Of a DNA stretch of 64,000 bases, positions 12,240-24,396 are shown piece by piece. The DNA is from Eukaryota sp. TZLM1-RC (lineage: Eukaryota > Protista > Metamonada: BaSk clade): positions 558,001 to 622,000 of the forward strand of contig JAUPSS010000012.1 of assembly GCA_040285825.1 (NCBI GenBank), written 5' to 3'. The notes under the pieces were generated by a model, which was not told where the DNA came from, ran no database searches, and was given only the letters and a program-made list of their open reading frames with translations. Every line of letters begins with the position of its first letter. Within the stretch, counting starts at the first letter, position 1. The translations under genes were made by a program, and so were the position numbers.

Positions 12240-13889
12240 TGTTTGGATTAATGTGTGGTTAAAAGGAAGTTGAGGAGGACGTTGAAGAGGAAATCTTTTG
12301 GCAAAGTTGAATTCAATTTGTGCATCTGATTGTGTGGTAACATTACTGTTTTGTCTTTAAGAATAAAATCAAAATCACCCACAAAACGAAGTCATAGGAT
12401 TGAGAAACAGAAAAGCATCACAAAAATACGAAACTGCAAGGTAGACAACAGCAGATGATTGTTTTCTATGTAAAAACAGAACTACAAATGTATTGGCGTA
12501 ATCAACTCATCTCATTAGTGTGTCAACACGATTTAAACCAGGAGGGAGAAGTAGGTACATGTCAAACATCGGAGACTAACATCACTTTTCCAAAATTTAT
12601 TACTTCTCATTTAATTGTATCCACTTTTATTGAAACAATGAGCACATGATACAAAACAAGTACACGATTAAAATTATTAGAAATCTAATTCTTACTGAAG
12701 AATGTCCAGGTTTTAAATCGAGTTTGCTGAAAATATAGTCTAACCACAATTATCACAACATTTTCACTTGTCCTTAATTCATTTATATCATGGAGAGAGT
12801 AGATGTTACTATGAATGACATAACTGTAGTGACAGTTGAGAAACTCGTTGTTGATTAAAATGTTGGCGAACAAAGACAAATACTGGGGGCAATTGAATTA
12901 CGATTGCACATCTGTTTTTGTTATTTTAATAGTAAATTACTTAAATAATAAGAATTCTGCTTTATACTTGGACTGAATAAAAACACTATGAATACGTTTG
13001 AATGACATGACTTGTACCAAATCAGCACATTTTAGATGCTGACCCTGAAGTCCATTCCATGTTTAATCCAAACAATTATCAGATGTTTTTTAAACAAATA
13101 ATTTTATTCAACAACAAATATGAAAACATAAAATACATTATCAGATTTTGAAGTGGGTTTCTGCTCAATTGCTGAACTAAAAGTTTCACTGAGGAACAAG
13201 GCACAGATATGTTGGCTGATAGCCATGGTGGAACAAAGTTGAGCAATGGTATAAAAACAAACCAATGTGTCTTCATTTGTTGAATTTTTTCTTATGCAAC
13301 AATTACTGTTACATAATGAGCACAAAGAAGCATTAGAAATGGCGGCTATGCTTGCAATTTATTGATTTTAAATTATTTTATTATGAATATACCGTCTTCA
13401 ACTCGAATATGCCAACTTAACTCCAATATACTAGAACACTTGGAATTCAGGGGTTTGTTATCTCCGATCGATCGGAAGGAAAAAAATTTGCGTGGATTCC
13501 TCAAGACTCTTACCGTTTGTATCACATACTACTGAAATAAATTTTTTCGTGTTCTAAATAATTCCATTAATTCAATTCTGTTGGAATTGATTGATTGATT
13601 GGTACCCATGCACCTCCGTAAACTGCAACAACTACAGAAATCACGGATACTGGTAATTCACCCTATAATTCTATCAAAAAATTTCTCTCGTCACCATGTT
13701 CGTTAAACTTTGGTGTCAGTCATCATTGCACTCTTCAAAATCCAGAAGTTTGAAGTTGATTCTGATGGAATACGAGGGTTTCTGTCTCAACCAATGATTT
13801 AGGTTTTTGTTGTATTGGAAAAAAAGAATTTCGATGTAGTTTTTTACTAAACAACATCATTTATTGAATTAAATTTATTTAAGCCTATA

Positions 13890-15200
13890 CACAAAAACCA
13901 CACCAAAGAACCGCATTAGCCATTAATAAATGACCATCCGTTGAGGCATCCCACTCTCCGCCATATTTAAAAACATCATTGCTGGGTGAATAGAACCCAA
14001 ATTCAACTAATCTACCACTACCAACAATTTTCTTGGCAATTAAAGGGGACCATTATTAATAGTAGCAACCACAGTTCCACTAGTGAGCTCGGTTGGTGTT
14101 CTGCCAAAAGACGAAGAAAAAGATCTAACATTGGTTAATAAAGGATCATTAGGAAGTGTTGAAATCATAATGAGGTAATTATATGGTTTGTGGTAATGTC
14201 TAGAATCACCTTCCTCAAAACAAGTGTAATTAAAACCATTTGCCGGATTAGAGTGAAACAAAACCAAACATTTTCCTGATTCAAGTATTTGGCTAAGAAA
14301 GTAAGTTGGCCAACTCATACAATCAGTTTCCACAACAACAACATCAAAAGCACTTAATTCATTTATTTGACTAATTGAAATCACAATGTTATTCCAATTC
14401 TGATTAAATCCTTTTCTTAGCTTGGAAACAATATCATTTAGGTGGTTTTAGATGGTTTTCTCTAAAAGCACAGTAAACCCCTACATTAAGCCTAAAACCA
14501 ATTTCCCTTCCCAGTAACTTTCTAGAAACTTCCCTAATATTACCTTGATTACAACTAACCTTTGATACCCTCTCCAACCAAACTTCCTCATTACCATTAA
14601 CAACATTAGAAAGGGTCAATTTAGAAAGGAAATCGACAGGAATTTCAATGACCTCTGGTAATTATTGGAATTGGCAATTGTCGATAACTGTGGCTATCAA
14701 GTGAGTTAATGAGTGTATAATTCCAAAATTTAAAATAAAATTCAAGTCGCTGACAGCTGACGGACTTTTATTGAGCAATTCTCTCAATAAGCTAAATTTG
14801 AAATCATTGGTCAAATTCTCAATATTTTGAAAGCTCTCTAACCAAATATTTCGTTAATTTTGCAAAATTTTAATGGTAATTCCAACACATTCAATACCTG
14901 CTCAACTCTTTCAGTTGGTTGTTGTAGACTAAGAGGCACTGTCAGAACGAAGCGACAAAATTTCTGATTATGACAAAGAGACTCATTACTGCAACAACAG
15001 TGATTGCACGAATAAAATATCCTTTCGCATGGTTGGGCTCATAGATCTGTCTATCTGGTTACTTAATTTGGTACTTAAAAAATGAATCAAAATTACGGGT
15101 ACTAATGGAGCGATGTCAATTCAATAATAGAAGATTCTGTCACCAAACTCAAAACTCCCCAGTTGATGGCCCCAGTAACAGTAATTTTGATTAAAGAGTT
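13890..15200 (-). pseudogene. Decayed gene; the C-terminal part resembles a class I glutamine amidotransferase-like fold domain
   Basis: Broken frames: FDVVVV..., NNGPL/IAKK..GSGRLVEFGFYSPS..WDASTDGHLLMANAVLW; multiple stops upstream; boundaries approximate. Confidence 0.35.
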
Positions 15201-15842
15201 ATATTTATTGGCAAAAATAGCTATATTGGACAGATCGTTCAACAGTGAAAAAACCACGAAAAATAATAAATTTCGTTTTTCATGATTGTATAAGTCATTT
15301 ATTTAAACTATTTTCATTACCTTCACTCAACCATTATTTTTCTATTTGTTGTTTACACCGTCTTCAATTTTACCTTCGCATTCAATTAAACCACAAATAT
15401 TCATTTTCACCGCAATCATGAAATCATCTTCCCCATCAATTACGTCAGCTGTCATTGTTTGATTGACACATCAATTGCCACTATTCGGGACAGCTTTTCT
15501 GCATACAGTAGCAGTGGTCTTTGCTTGGGTATCTATTCTCTCAGCAAGATTTCCTCCTTCACCACACGTTCAGTCTTACTTAACTGACTGTAGAGATTCG
15601 AACTCATAAATACGAATGAATTTTTTCGCAAGTATTTTTGAGAGGCTCATGAAACCTATAAGTAATGTGATAACATTAAATGTATAACATGATTTAAGGA
15701 AAATAATCAAAATTTATAATAGAAGGAACTTGCAGCACTAAGGAATCGATTGAAAGAAATGTGTAGATTGAGTTGTGTTTCCCTTCCAGCACTAAATTTC
15801 ATCCATCTCCACAAAAAGGGTCCTTTTACCTATTAAGGCACA

Positions 15843-17636
15843 ATGGCTTTTCCTCAGATTCCTGGGTACTTGATTACCAAACAGATAGGCATGGGATCGT
15901 TTGGACGTGTCTTTGCAGCATTTTCCCAATCCACCTCCAGAGTCTACTGTATCAAGGAAGCTTCTCTTCCTGGTGATCAAAAGGATCGATGGGATAGGGA
16001 AGTCTTGCCAATGTCCTTGAATTTACCATACATTTGCAGTGTTAAACATACCTTTCACCTCAACAATCACTACTACATTGTTATGGATCTGTATCCTCAA
16101 AACTTGACACAGCTGATTTATAATCAATCACAACGAAGAGTTTTAGTTAAAGGTACACCTTTACACCCAAATTTAGCGTGGAAAATATTTGGACAGCTTG
16201 TTGAAGCTGTTCACTCCCTTAACCAGGAAAACTTGTGCCATCGGGATATCAAACCCGAGAACATTTTCCTCGATGACCAACTCAATGCAGTCCTTGGCGA
16301 CTTTGGCCACTCTCGTACCTTTGCGTCTGTCAACATGTTCACGACGGAAGCCTCTCCAGCATATCATGCTCCTGAAACTTTTCTGCATCCACATTACGGT
16401 ATTGAGGTGGACTACTTTGCCTTAGGAGTCGTGTTTTATGAAATGTTGGTGGGAGAGTTGCCTTATAATCCTAGTCATCATGATCGGAACATTTCAGAGT
16501 TGGCATTGAGGAAAGTTTCTGATGGTGAAGCAAGGAAAGTCATTCAACAATTAATGGTCCCTGATCCAATTGTCAGAGCTAGTTTTTTCAAGTTGATTTA
16601 TCTCAAAGTCCGAGAAAACGTAAAGAGGACCTCTGATTGGGAACCAAGCATTTCTTCTAATATGGGTGCTACGGGTTGTGCTTTTTCACCACAAAGAACA
16701 ACTTCTGTGGTAAATTTTTTATTGATTTCAGATTCCTCTGATAGTGAAGAACTCATAACTTCTTCATCACCACTTCTTCCTCCAACAATGTCATTGCCAA
16801 ACGGCCATCCTCTTGGTTTGGTAGAAGAATCTTCTTCTGATGATGACGTTATACTTGTTCCAAGGATTGAGTCAAAACCCATCAAAATTTTGAAGTTTAC
16901 CTTGTACTTTGTGTTCCAGCGACCAGTTTCGAAGCAGATCATCTCCAATGCGTTAGAAACACTTGCAGGTAAAGATGATGTTTGTTTCGACGTTAATGAT
17001 CTCTCCAATGGTTATCTTTTCTCCACTGACTGCCGATGTGGAGACCCAGGCACTGTTGAGAGACTTGAGGGTTTGGCTAATGATTCATTGATCAAACTCC
17101 CTCCTACTCTTATTAACTGTCAAGTCTTTCTTCACAAGACTGATCTGATTGTTTTGCTAGCTTACCACTCTTTTAGTGAAGTGAAGCAAGTCTTGTCATT
17201 TGATTTAGCACACAGTTCTCTGATCTTAAAAGACACTTACTCAATGAAAGCAAATGGTACCATTGTCTACGAAGTTTCAGTGTTGTCGTGCAAGGAAACT
17301 CATCTTGTAGCTAATCATTTGACTATGAAGAGGTTTCCTTTTGCTGTAACATATTCAGTTGGTTCCCGATTTGATTATGTTTTCAAAATTGGGTTTGCCC
17401 CTTCAGCGGATCTTTTACAGGCTCGGAAAGCGATAAATGAAGAGTTCAAACTTAAGGATTTAAACATTATCTTATTAGTTTACAATTCTGAGTTATTATT
17501 ATTCACAAGTTTTCCATACTGTCCCATAAAGGTTGGTAATACTTTTGTTATCCAGAGTCCAAAGAAAATGAAAAAGAAAAAGAAAAAATCTGATCACATA
17601 GTATGCTCTGTTTCTGAGTACTTGCCTCGTTGTTAG
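15843..17636 (+). CDS. Ser/Thr protein kinase with an unrecognised C-terminal region
   Basis: GMGSFG, CIK, HRDIKPEN, DFG, APE, DYFALG; 597 aa. Confidence 0.92.
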   Translation: MAFPQIPGYLITKQIGMGSFGRVFAAFSQSTSRVYCIKEASLPGDQKDRWDREVLPMSLNLPYICSVKHTFHLNNHYYIVMDLYPQNLTQLIYNQSQRRVLVKGTPLHPNLAWKIFGQLVEAVHSLNQENLCHRDIKPENIFLDDQLNAVLGDFGHSRTFASVNMFTTEASPAYHAPETFLHPHYGIEVDYFALGVVFYEMLVGELPYNPSHHDRNISELALRKVSDGEARKVIQQLMVPDPIVRASFFKLIYLKVRENVKRTSDWEPSISSNMGATGCAFSPQRTTSVVNFLLISDSSDSEELITSSSPLLPPTMSLPNGHPLGLVEESSSDDDVILVPRIESKPIKILKFTLYFVFQRPVSKQIISNALETLAGKDDVCFDVNDLSNGYLFSTDCRCGDPGTVERLEGLANDSLIKLPPTLINCQVFLHKTDLIVLLAYHSFSEVKQVLSFDLAHSSLILKDTYSMKANGTIVYEVSVLSCKETHLVANHLTMKRFPFAVTYSVGSRFDYVFKIGFAPSADLLQARKAINEEFKLKDLNIILLVYNSELLLFTSFPYCPIKVGNTFVIQSPKKMKKKKKKSDHIVCSVSEYLPRC

Positions 17637-18379
17637 CTTTAGGAGAGGGAAATCACCAGTTACCAACGAGTGACTGACTCGAATTCAGGGTTGAGATCAT
17701 AGAGTTTAATAATTCAATGGCTTTTTCAATATAAAATTGCTGTTGTTGGTGGGATTTTTCGTTGATCGCAGTTGAAAAGAATTTTGTATGGTTTTATTCC
17801 AACTTTTTAGTTTTAGCTACTTAATCCAAAAAATGTTTATTTTTTTTGTTTTTTCAAAGTTTTTTTCACTCAGCAAATTTTTCAAGATGTGCTTTTCGTC
17901 AGATAATGTCTTAATGTTGTGGATTAATTACCCGGCAGTACCATTTACCAATTTTTGCACGACGATGTGGTTTATTGATGAATATTTTTGATTATTTTCA
18001 CAGTTAATACACTATTTATTATTACAATATTGATTTTTTTGAAAGAAATCAAACATGCTTTTTGGATTTGAAATACTAAGGTATCATTCAATCCTTCTCT
18101 ATAGATAACTCTTTATATGTACAAAGATTATTGAAAAAGGAAGATTAAAAATGAGTCTGAATTTCATCACTGACCTTTTTTTTCTTTGCAACTAGTCTGC
18201 ATTGATTTTTACCCTGTTTTGTTTATTTTTTGATATACAAAATAGTTCCAATATATATGTTCAAAATAGAACATTGTTTTTGCTTAAGTTTTGGTTTTGT
18301 TTTGTGGAAAAATCAAGTTTTGATTGTCTTTCCTACACAAATTTGGTCAGTAATCACTGGGTCTGTAAGGTTTTATGTA

Positions 18380-18850
18380 ACCGGAGGTGGCTGTGAATCG
18401 TAGCACATAGTGGTCGAAGACGCTTTTGGTTATACTTGAAGTTTCTTCAATCAATAACTATCTCTAGAATAAGCCAATTCTCAGTATGATATCTACAGTT
18501 CAAGAAAATAAAAATGTTTGTGAAATCTTTTTTTAAAACCATTTCCTTCGCCAATCACTCTCATGATTGGACATTTTTCCTTGGACAACTGGGTTAGTTT
18601 TTGGCTAAGGTGAAAAATTTTTTCCTAAAATTTCCAAGAAACATGAGCGAACTTTGGAGAATTTACAAACTGAAACTTTTGAAGAAATATTTAAAAATGC
18701 AACGAAATAAAACGATTTATGACCATGGTCATAATTTTGCAAAAAGATCTCAAAATATTAACATAAAGAAAATATTTTCAAGCATTTCTTTATTTCATTG
18801 TTTTTGGCGTTCACACTTCCAACCAAGTGTGTATAGTATTTACTGCTTTA
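18380..18850 (+). mobile_element. Possible highly decayed DNA transposase remnant (MULE-like)
   Basis: Only short motifs in broken frames (WTFFLGQL, FGVHTSNQV). Confidence 0.2.
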
Positions 18851-19533
18851 TGAAATACCTGAAATATTACATTTGATGTTCAGTTGTTGTTCTAGATTTT
18901 AAGATTTTGCAAAATTTCGAGTTTAGTTCAATTTCACAAGTGACCACTTACATAAAAGAAGGGTCAAGAGGATTTGAGAGAGGTATTAAGAATCAGTTAT
19001 ATTCTTAAGTCTTTAGATAATAGGTGAAAAGAACAACTCTATTTTTCACTGATTGTATTTGACAAATCAATCACGGAGCTAAACCCTACCTCTTCAGTTC
19101 AGTCTGTGAAGCTACTAATTCATTGTATTTGTATGATAAGTTAAATTCACCAATGCCATCAAGATCACCAAAATTCATTAGATAATATCTTGATTTACAA
19201 CTCTTTAGGCCTAGTTTCCAAATAGAATAAGCTGATATTGCTGCAAAAACAAAAAGGAAGTGTAACCCTGGAGAGCACAAATGAGTCTTAAGTTCAAATC
19301 AATTGAAAAAAGTTTGAAAATTCCACAAGATAAAAGAATTTACGTAGAGAGTAATATTTATAATAACAACTCAAGAAATTTCTCAAGAAAGAACACTGAA
19401 GAATTATTGTAAACTTCACTAGTAATGTCAAAAAACTATAAACAAAAATAATGACCAAATAATAATAAAATAATCAACATTAAAAACAAAAGACACAATC
19501 GAAAAAAATCTCAAAAACTAATTAAAAAAAGAG

Positions 19534-20733
19534 CTACTCAACTTCCACTTCTGCACCTACATCTACTTCTGCATCTAAAGCTAATTCAAAATCTTCAAAT
19601 TCCTTTTTAAATGTATTCATTTGAACAGAATTTCGTAAAATTAAGGAATTCAAAACATCAAAATTAACATTGACCGTGTAGTTATTCAATGCAAAAGATT
19701 GTATTATGGCAGGCATTATTAAAAACAACTCTATAACGATTGGAATTGTTAATGTTATTAATACTAGAAAATTAACATAATAATAGACTAAAAAAGCAGC
19801 AATTGATCCTATGTTTCCAAATAAAACAATGGCAATGAATTTCAGTAAAATTTTTGATTGTCGCTGTGATTGTCGATGATTGGCTGGTTCCCGGTCAAGA
19901 ACATCGACGGCGCGGGAAACCTCTACCACTCTTGAAAACAAGGAATTATCAATAATAATTAAAATAACCAGAAAAGAATAAACTAAAAAAACACAAAACA
20001 CAAACAAACTAATTTCTCCATCAATACTGAATAACACAACTCTGAAATAATTAAAAACAAGAATGACCGCTATGAACAGCCACAAGGACCAGTGCAACTG
20101 GGCTATGTGGACAAAAGAAGACCTGCTGGCATGACGTAGGTATTTATTGAAAGGAAAAAGTTCAGTGTGTATGTGGTCTTCGTAAATTTGGTCGACCTTG
20201 TAGAAAAATTGTTTTTTAATAAGAAGAAAAGAAATAGCATATTGAAGCTTTTTCAGTTTTCTTCTACGTTTGAAACAAAAGACACGTAAAAAAGTGGGTG
20301 TACATGTGTGCTCATTCAATAATGATTGGTGATCTGATTGTAACTGCACAAGTGATGAAGTGGCATCTATTGACTTCCAGAGACTAAAGGTGAGAGAAGC
20401 AGACCACATAAGAAAAAGAATGAAAACAAGATAGACAACGACAATGCCAAATAGAATGAAATGGACCAGATCAAATAGTTCCTTGTACATAGAGACAAAT
20501 GGAAGGAATGCAAGGGCTTCGTAGTACTCTATGAGGAAGAGGAGCAATGAGAGGAGGCCAATGACCATGAGTTCTTGGAAGACGATTTGCAGTACGGCTT
20601 TGACATTGGCGTAGTTACGGACGAGATAGTTGACAAAGATGAGAAGTTGTTGGAGAATAAAGGAGAGGAAGATACCAGTAAGTAGAAGAACAGTTACGGA
20701 TCCCACATCAAGATCAGCAGTGTCTAGAGGCAT
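19534..20733 (-). CDS. MLO-like multi-pass membrane protein
   Basis: QELMVIGLLSLLL, LVHFILF, FPFNKYL..F..LHWSLWLF match MLO blocks ELMLLGFISLLL, LHIFIF and FDFHKY..F..IS..LW; about 7 hydrophobic segments; first ATG at 20733. Confidence 0.72.
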   Translation of the reverse strand: MPLDTADLDVGSVTVLLLTGIFLSFILQQLLIFVNYLVRNYANVKAVLQIVFQELMVIGLLSLLLFLIEYYEALAFLPFVSMYKELFDLVHFILFGIVVVYLVFILFLMWSASLTFSLWKSIDATSSLVQLQSDHQSLLNEHTCTPTFLRVFCFKRRRKLKKLQYAISFLLIKKQFFYKVDQIYEDHIHTELFPFNKYLRHASRSSFVHIAQLHWSLWLFIAVILVFNYFRVVLFSIDGEISLFVFCVFLVYSFLVILIIIDNSLFSRVVEVSRAVDVLDREPANHRQSQRQSKILLKFIAIVLFGNIGSIAAFLVYYYVNFLVLITLTIPIVIELFLIMPAIIQSFALNNYTVNVNFDVLNSLILRNSVQMNTFKKEFEDFELALDAEVDVGAEVEVE

Positions 20734-21149
20734 GAATGGCAGTAAAAATGAGGGGGTTGGATTCAAAGTTGAGGCATTTCATATCATTTCTATGCACTTT
20801 CAATATGATTTGCTTTCATTGAAAATTTAGAAGAAACTATTTGAACACTAAAACAACTACTCACCAACGTTGATGATCTTCTCTATTCTTTTGAAGTATA
20901 TAATTAACAGCTCTGTAGCATTTAAAGCTATTCTTCAAATTGATACAACTAATTTCATCTCTACCTCATTTCATCCAAAATGGTCAAATTTTAAATATGG
21001 TTGACTTTTATTGTGATTGACTGTCGCAATTTGAAATTAATTGTGACCGTTCACCATCTCTTAGTTGTCCGTGAACAGAAGTAACTTTTCCTTATAAAAT
21101 AAACGATTCTAACAAAATAATAATAAATCATTCTGACTCAATGTAATGA

Positions 21150-21600
21150 AAGCATTTGAAATATCTCAGCCAATTACTCTGTTAAAATATACTGCAATTT
21201 TCTCTAGTCTTAGGCTATAAATCTTCTTCGCTGCCTCTTTCAACTTTGACACCATATCGACCTTCATTTGTCCAAAATAAAGAATCAACAAAATTGAGAA
21301 AATATTTAGATGCTAGTGTGTGAAAAATTTTGGAAATAGCGATTGGTCCAACACTTTATTTGGTTTTGTCAAAACTATCAATTTGGATGATATAAAACCA
21401 ACCGAGAATCATCCAAAGTTCCATTTAGTATATGATCTGCCATATACATTAAATTATCGGCTAATTCAGCATTAATGGCTGAAGGAAATAACCAGAAAGC
21501 AGACAAACCCCCTACTGTGTCTTTTTTGTCATTTGCAATCATTGTTATGCATAAACTATTTTCTTGAAAGTCACTGTATTCTTCAAATAGGTGCGATTTT
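21150..21600 (-). mobile_element. Old CRE-like RT remnant
   Basis: Broken frames read SKLIVLTKPN..VGPIAISKIFHTLASK..RYGVKVERGSE, similar to the RT at 5.9-6.1 kb. Confidence 0.6.
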
Positions 21601-22387
21601 TTATTTTTTCTATTAAATTTTCGTTTTTGAAGATAACCTTATCTTCAACTTGAGTAAAAGCATTGGAAAATTTGCTTACTGAGCCCACTTTTAGAAAACA
21701 AATTCATAACTCTATCAAAAACTCAACAGACAATGAATAGGTCTTTTGTCCTTTTATCATTATGAACAAATACAACATCATAACCTACTTTAATTCAGCA
21801 GAATAATTTAATGTTGTAATAACTGAAGCAGAACGTTTACCCATTGTTGCCATGTTGGAAATTTTTGGAAAGAAGTTATTAGTTTGGTTTATTGAAATAG
21901 AAACTCCAGGTTCTAAGATGACAAATGTTGTGACAACTGAAGTCAATTGGATTATAGAATGAAAACTGTTTCACAGTAAAATACAACCATGAGAATCATC
22001 AATGACACGATTTACTAAGTGTTGGAGCAGAATCATGTATTTGAAATAACAAAACAATCCAGTGTAGTTGTAACACAATCGATAGGGAGGGTATCCCTTG
22101 TATCCATATCTTGAAAATTGTACGTAATCTGGGAAGTTGCAGAGATGATCTGTGTAACCTTGAACACACTGTGGAGTATTTCCGTCCGATTTACCCAGAG
22201 GACATCCAAACTTCATTGGTAACGAAATTGAGACATATACTTCAACAAGACGAAGCATCCAAACCACCAGTAGGGAATCCTCAACAAGGCAGACCTACAA
22301 TTTCACATGGTGTAAAGTATGGGGCCGGTAATATATCAGCCGTTAAGCAAAACCTCAACTCATTCCCCTGAGTGTTACAATTGTTGC

Positions 22388-22691
22388 GTCGAATAGCCAA
22401 TTGCTCTGCATGTGAACCACAAATAACAGAATCAGTTAAGTAGAAAATGAATGAATATTTGATGATCACTGTAAAACCTAATATGTTATTCTATCTTCCA
22501 CAAGTCTTTGTACGCTATTTGTGTAGGATCTATAAGATGCACAAGAGTCGAATAGCCAATTACTCTACATGTAAACCACCAATAATGGAAGTAGAAACTG
22601 AATGAAAATTCAATGATCACTGCACAACCCAATAGGTTCTTCTATCTTCCACAAGTCTTTGTGCATTATTTGTGTAGGATCTATCAGATGC
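22388..22691. repeat. Diverged tandem duplication, about 155 bp x2, inside a decayed minus-strand coding remnant
   Basis: GTCGAATAGCCAATT...TCTATCTTCCACAAGTCTTTGT...GATGCA at 22388-22541 and 22547-22691. Confidence 0.85.
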
Positions 22692-24396
22692 ATTATTGGA
22701 CATATGCCGATTATTTTTTCTTGCAACTGCTGTGTCATAAGGACGCTTCTGGTTGGTTTCCAGTCGAAAAATGGTGGGCTTATAATGATTAAAAATAGTG
22801 GAATCCACAACAGATGCAATGTATTCTGGAACAAATTGTTTCAACTTCTCATTTGTCAGCACGGGAGAAACAATCAAGTAAATCTGGTGTGCATCAACTG
22901 CCTGTATTTGCAACAAATAAAAGCAAGAAGAAAACCTCGCAAGGAATCGCGTCTCGCTTAATGATTTGAATAATGTGATTAAGGAGTTCCCAAGCCATAA
23001 ATCAGCAGCCTTATCAACAATCAAGGGTGAAAGCTTTTCAAAAACATCAATAAAGGCCACCAAAGGATCCTTTCGTAACTGGTAGACTGAAATGTGTTAT
23101 ATTATCTGACAGTGATTCAGCAAGAAAATCCACATTCTTGGAATGTGTGCTTTTTGTCAGCCAAGTAATAACCTCAAACAGGCCACTTTTGACACATTCG
23201 TGTCTTGAAGATCAGACACAATAAATGAGTAGAGAATGATGTGATATTCTTCATATTCCAAAACAGGTACCAAAACTTCTTAAAGTGTAGGTATTTCGAT
23301 ATACGTAACCGAACATTGTACATTATGCAAAAACTCGGCAGATAGCGCCATATTCTTCAATGGTTTGGGTTGCAAGACAAGAAAAAACACCACAACTAAT
23401 TAACCAATAAGGAGACACTGAATCCAAACAAACAAGAACATTTGGAGTTTCATACAGTATTGGCATAGTATCTTGCAAATAAATCGGCTCTAAATATAGC
23501 AGTTTGGCGCCAAAATCTGTAAAGAAAGTGTAAAATGTGTAAGGATTGGCTTTGGTAATGGTGTTGATTCACATGGTATTCGAAAAATGACCTTCCGATC
23601 GCTGAACTACGTAGAACATCTGTATGGAAGATTGTATCAAATAAGCAATGCAAAAATAGTTCGCCATGTAATGATCATTAAAGCAATTGTCCTCTGTTAA
23701 TTCAAGAAAACTGCAGCATCCAATACACATTACATTCCTCAATAAAAAATCATCACCGTCGAAACGATGATTATAGTCCCGAACTAGCTCAGAACCAACA
23801 CTGTGTTAACCATGATTCCAGTCTTTACTGAAAAGTTTTTGAAAGTATGATGGAAATTAGCATAGCAAAAGACGAAATACAGAAAACTCTAAACTCTTAT
23901 ATCTTATAGGTATTCTATTCTGTCACTCAATAACTGTTGTAGGAATGTCAAAAGGATCCAATTATGCACTAAACTTGTATCAAAATTCTGCACAGTTGAA
24001 TTGAACAAGCAAGCCAATGATTTGAGTGAAAGTTTTGTGCAGTTAGCATTTGAGTTACTGCCAGTGATAAGGTTCTTTAATATAAAAGTAGACTTAAACA
24101 GATTGTCAACCTATTCGAAAATCCATGCAGTATATTATTTTGCTTGGTTTTATTTATTATTGAATCGCCAATATTAGATACTATGATACGACTCTTCACT
24201 AAGACAACGAAGGTTTCCTGAACATCCTATTGCATTGAAATAAGAAAAACACCAAATGTAGTCTATGTGTTGTAGAAGGGCACAGCCGTGCAACATAAGG
24301 TAATAAATAGGTCAACAGTGTTTCCTTATCATCTAAGATGATTTTGGATCTGAGTTTTTGAACTGTTTTCTTTCGATTTGAAACAGTCCTGTCCTG

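Noticed and set aside
13463-13476. Palindrome TCCGATCGATCGGA (core also at ~44107 and ~60459)
   Set aside because: Flanks are unrelated and no function can be supported; the latter two are one duplicated site
12240-13880. Short ORFs in AT-rich intergenic DNA
   Set aside because: Low-complexity translations with no recognisable motifs
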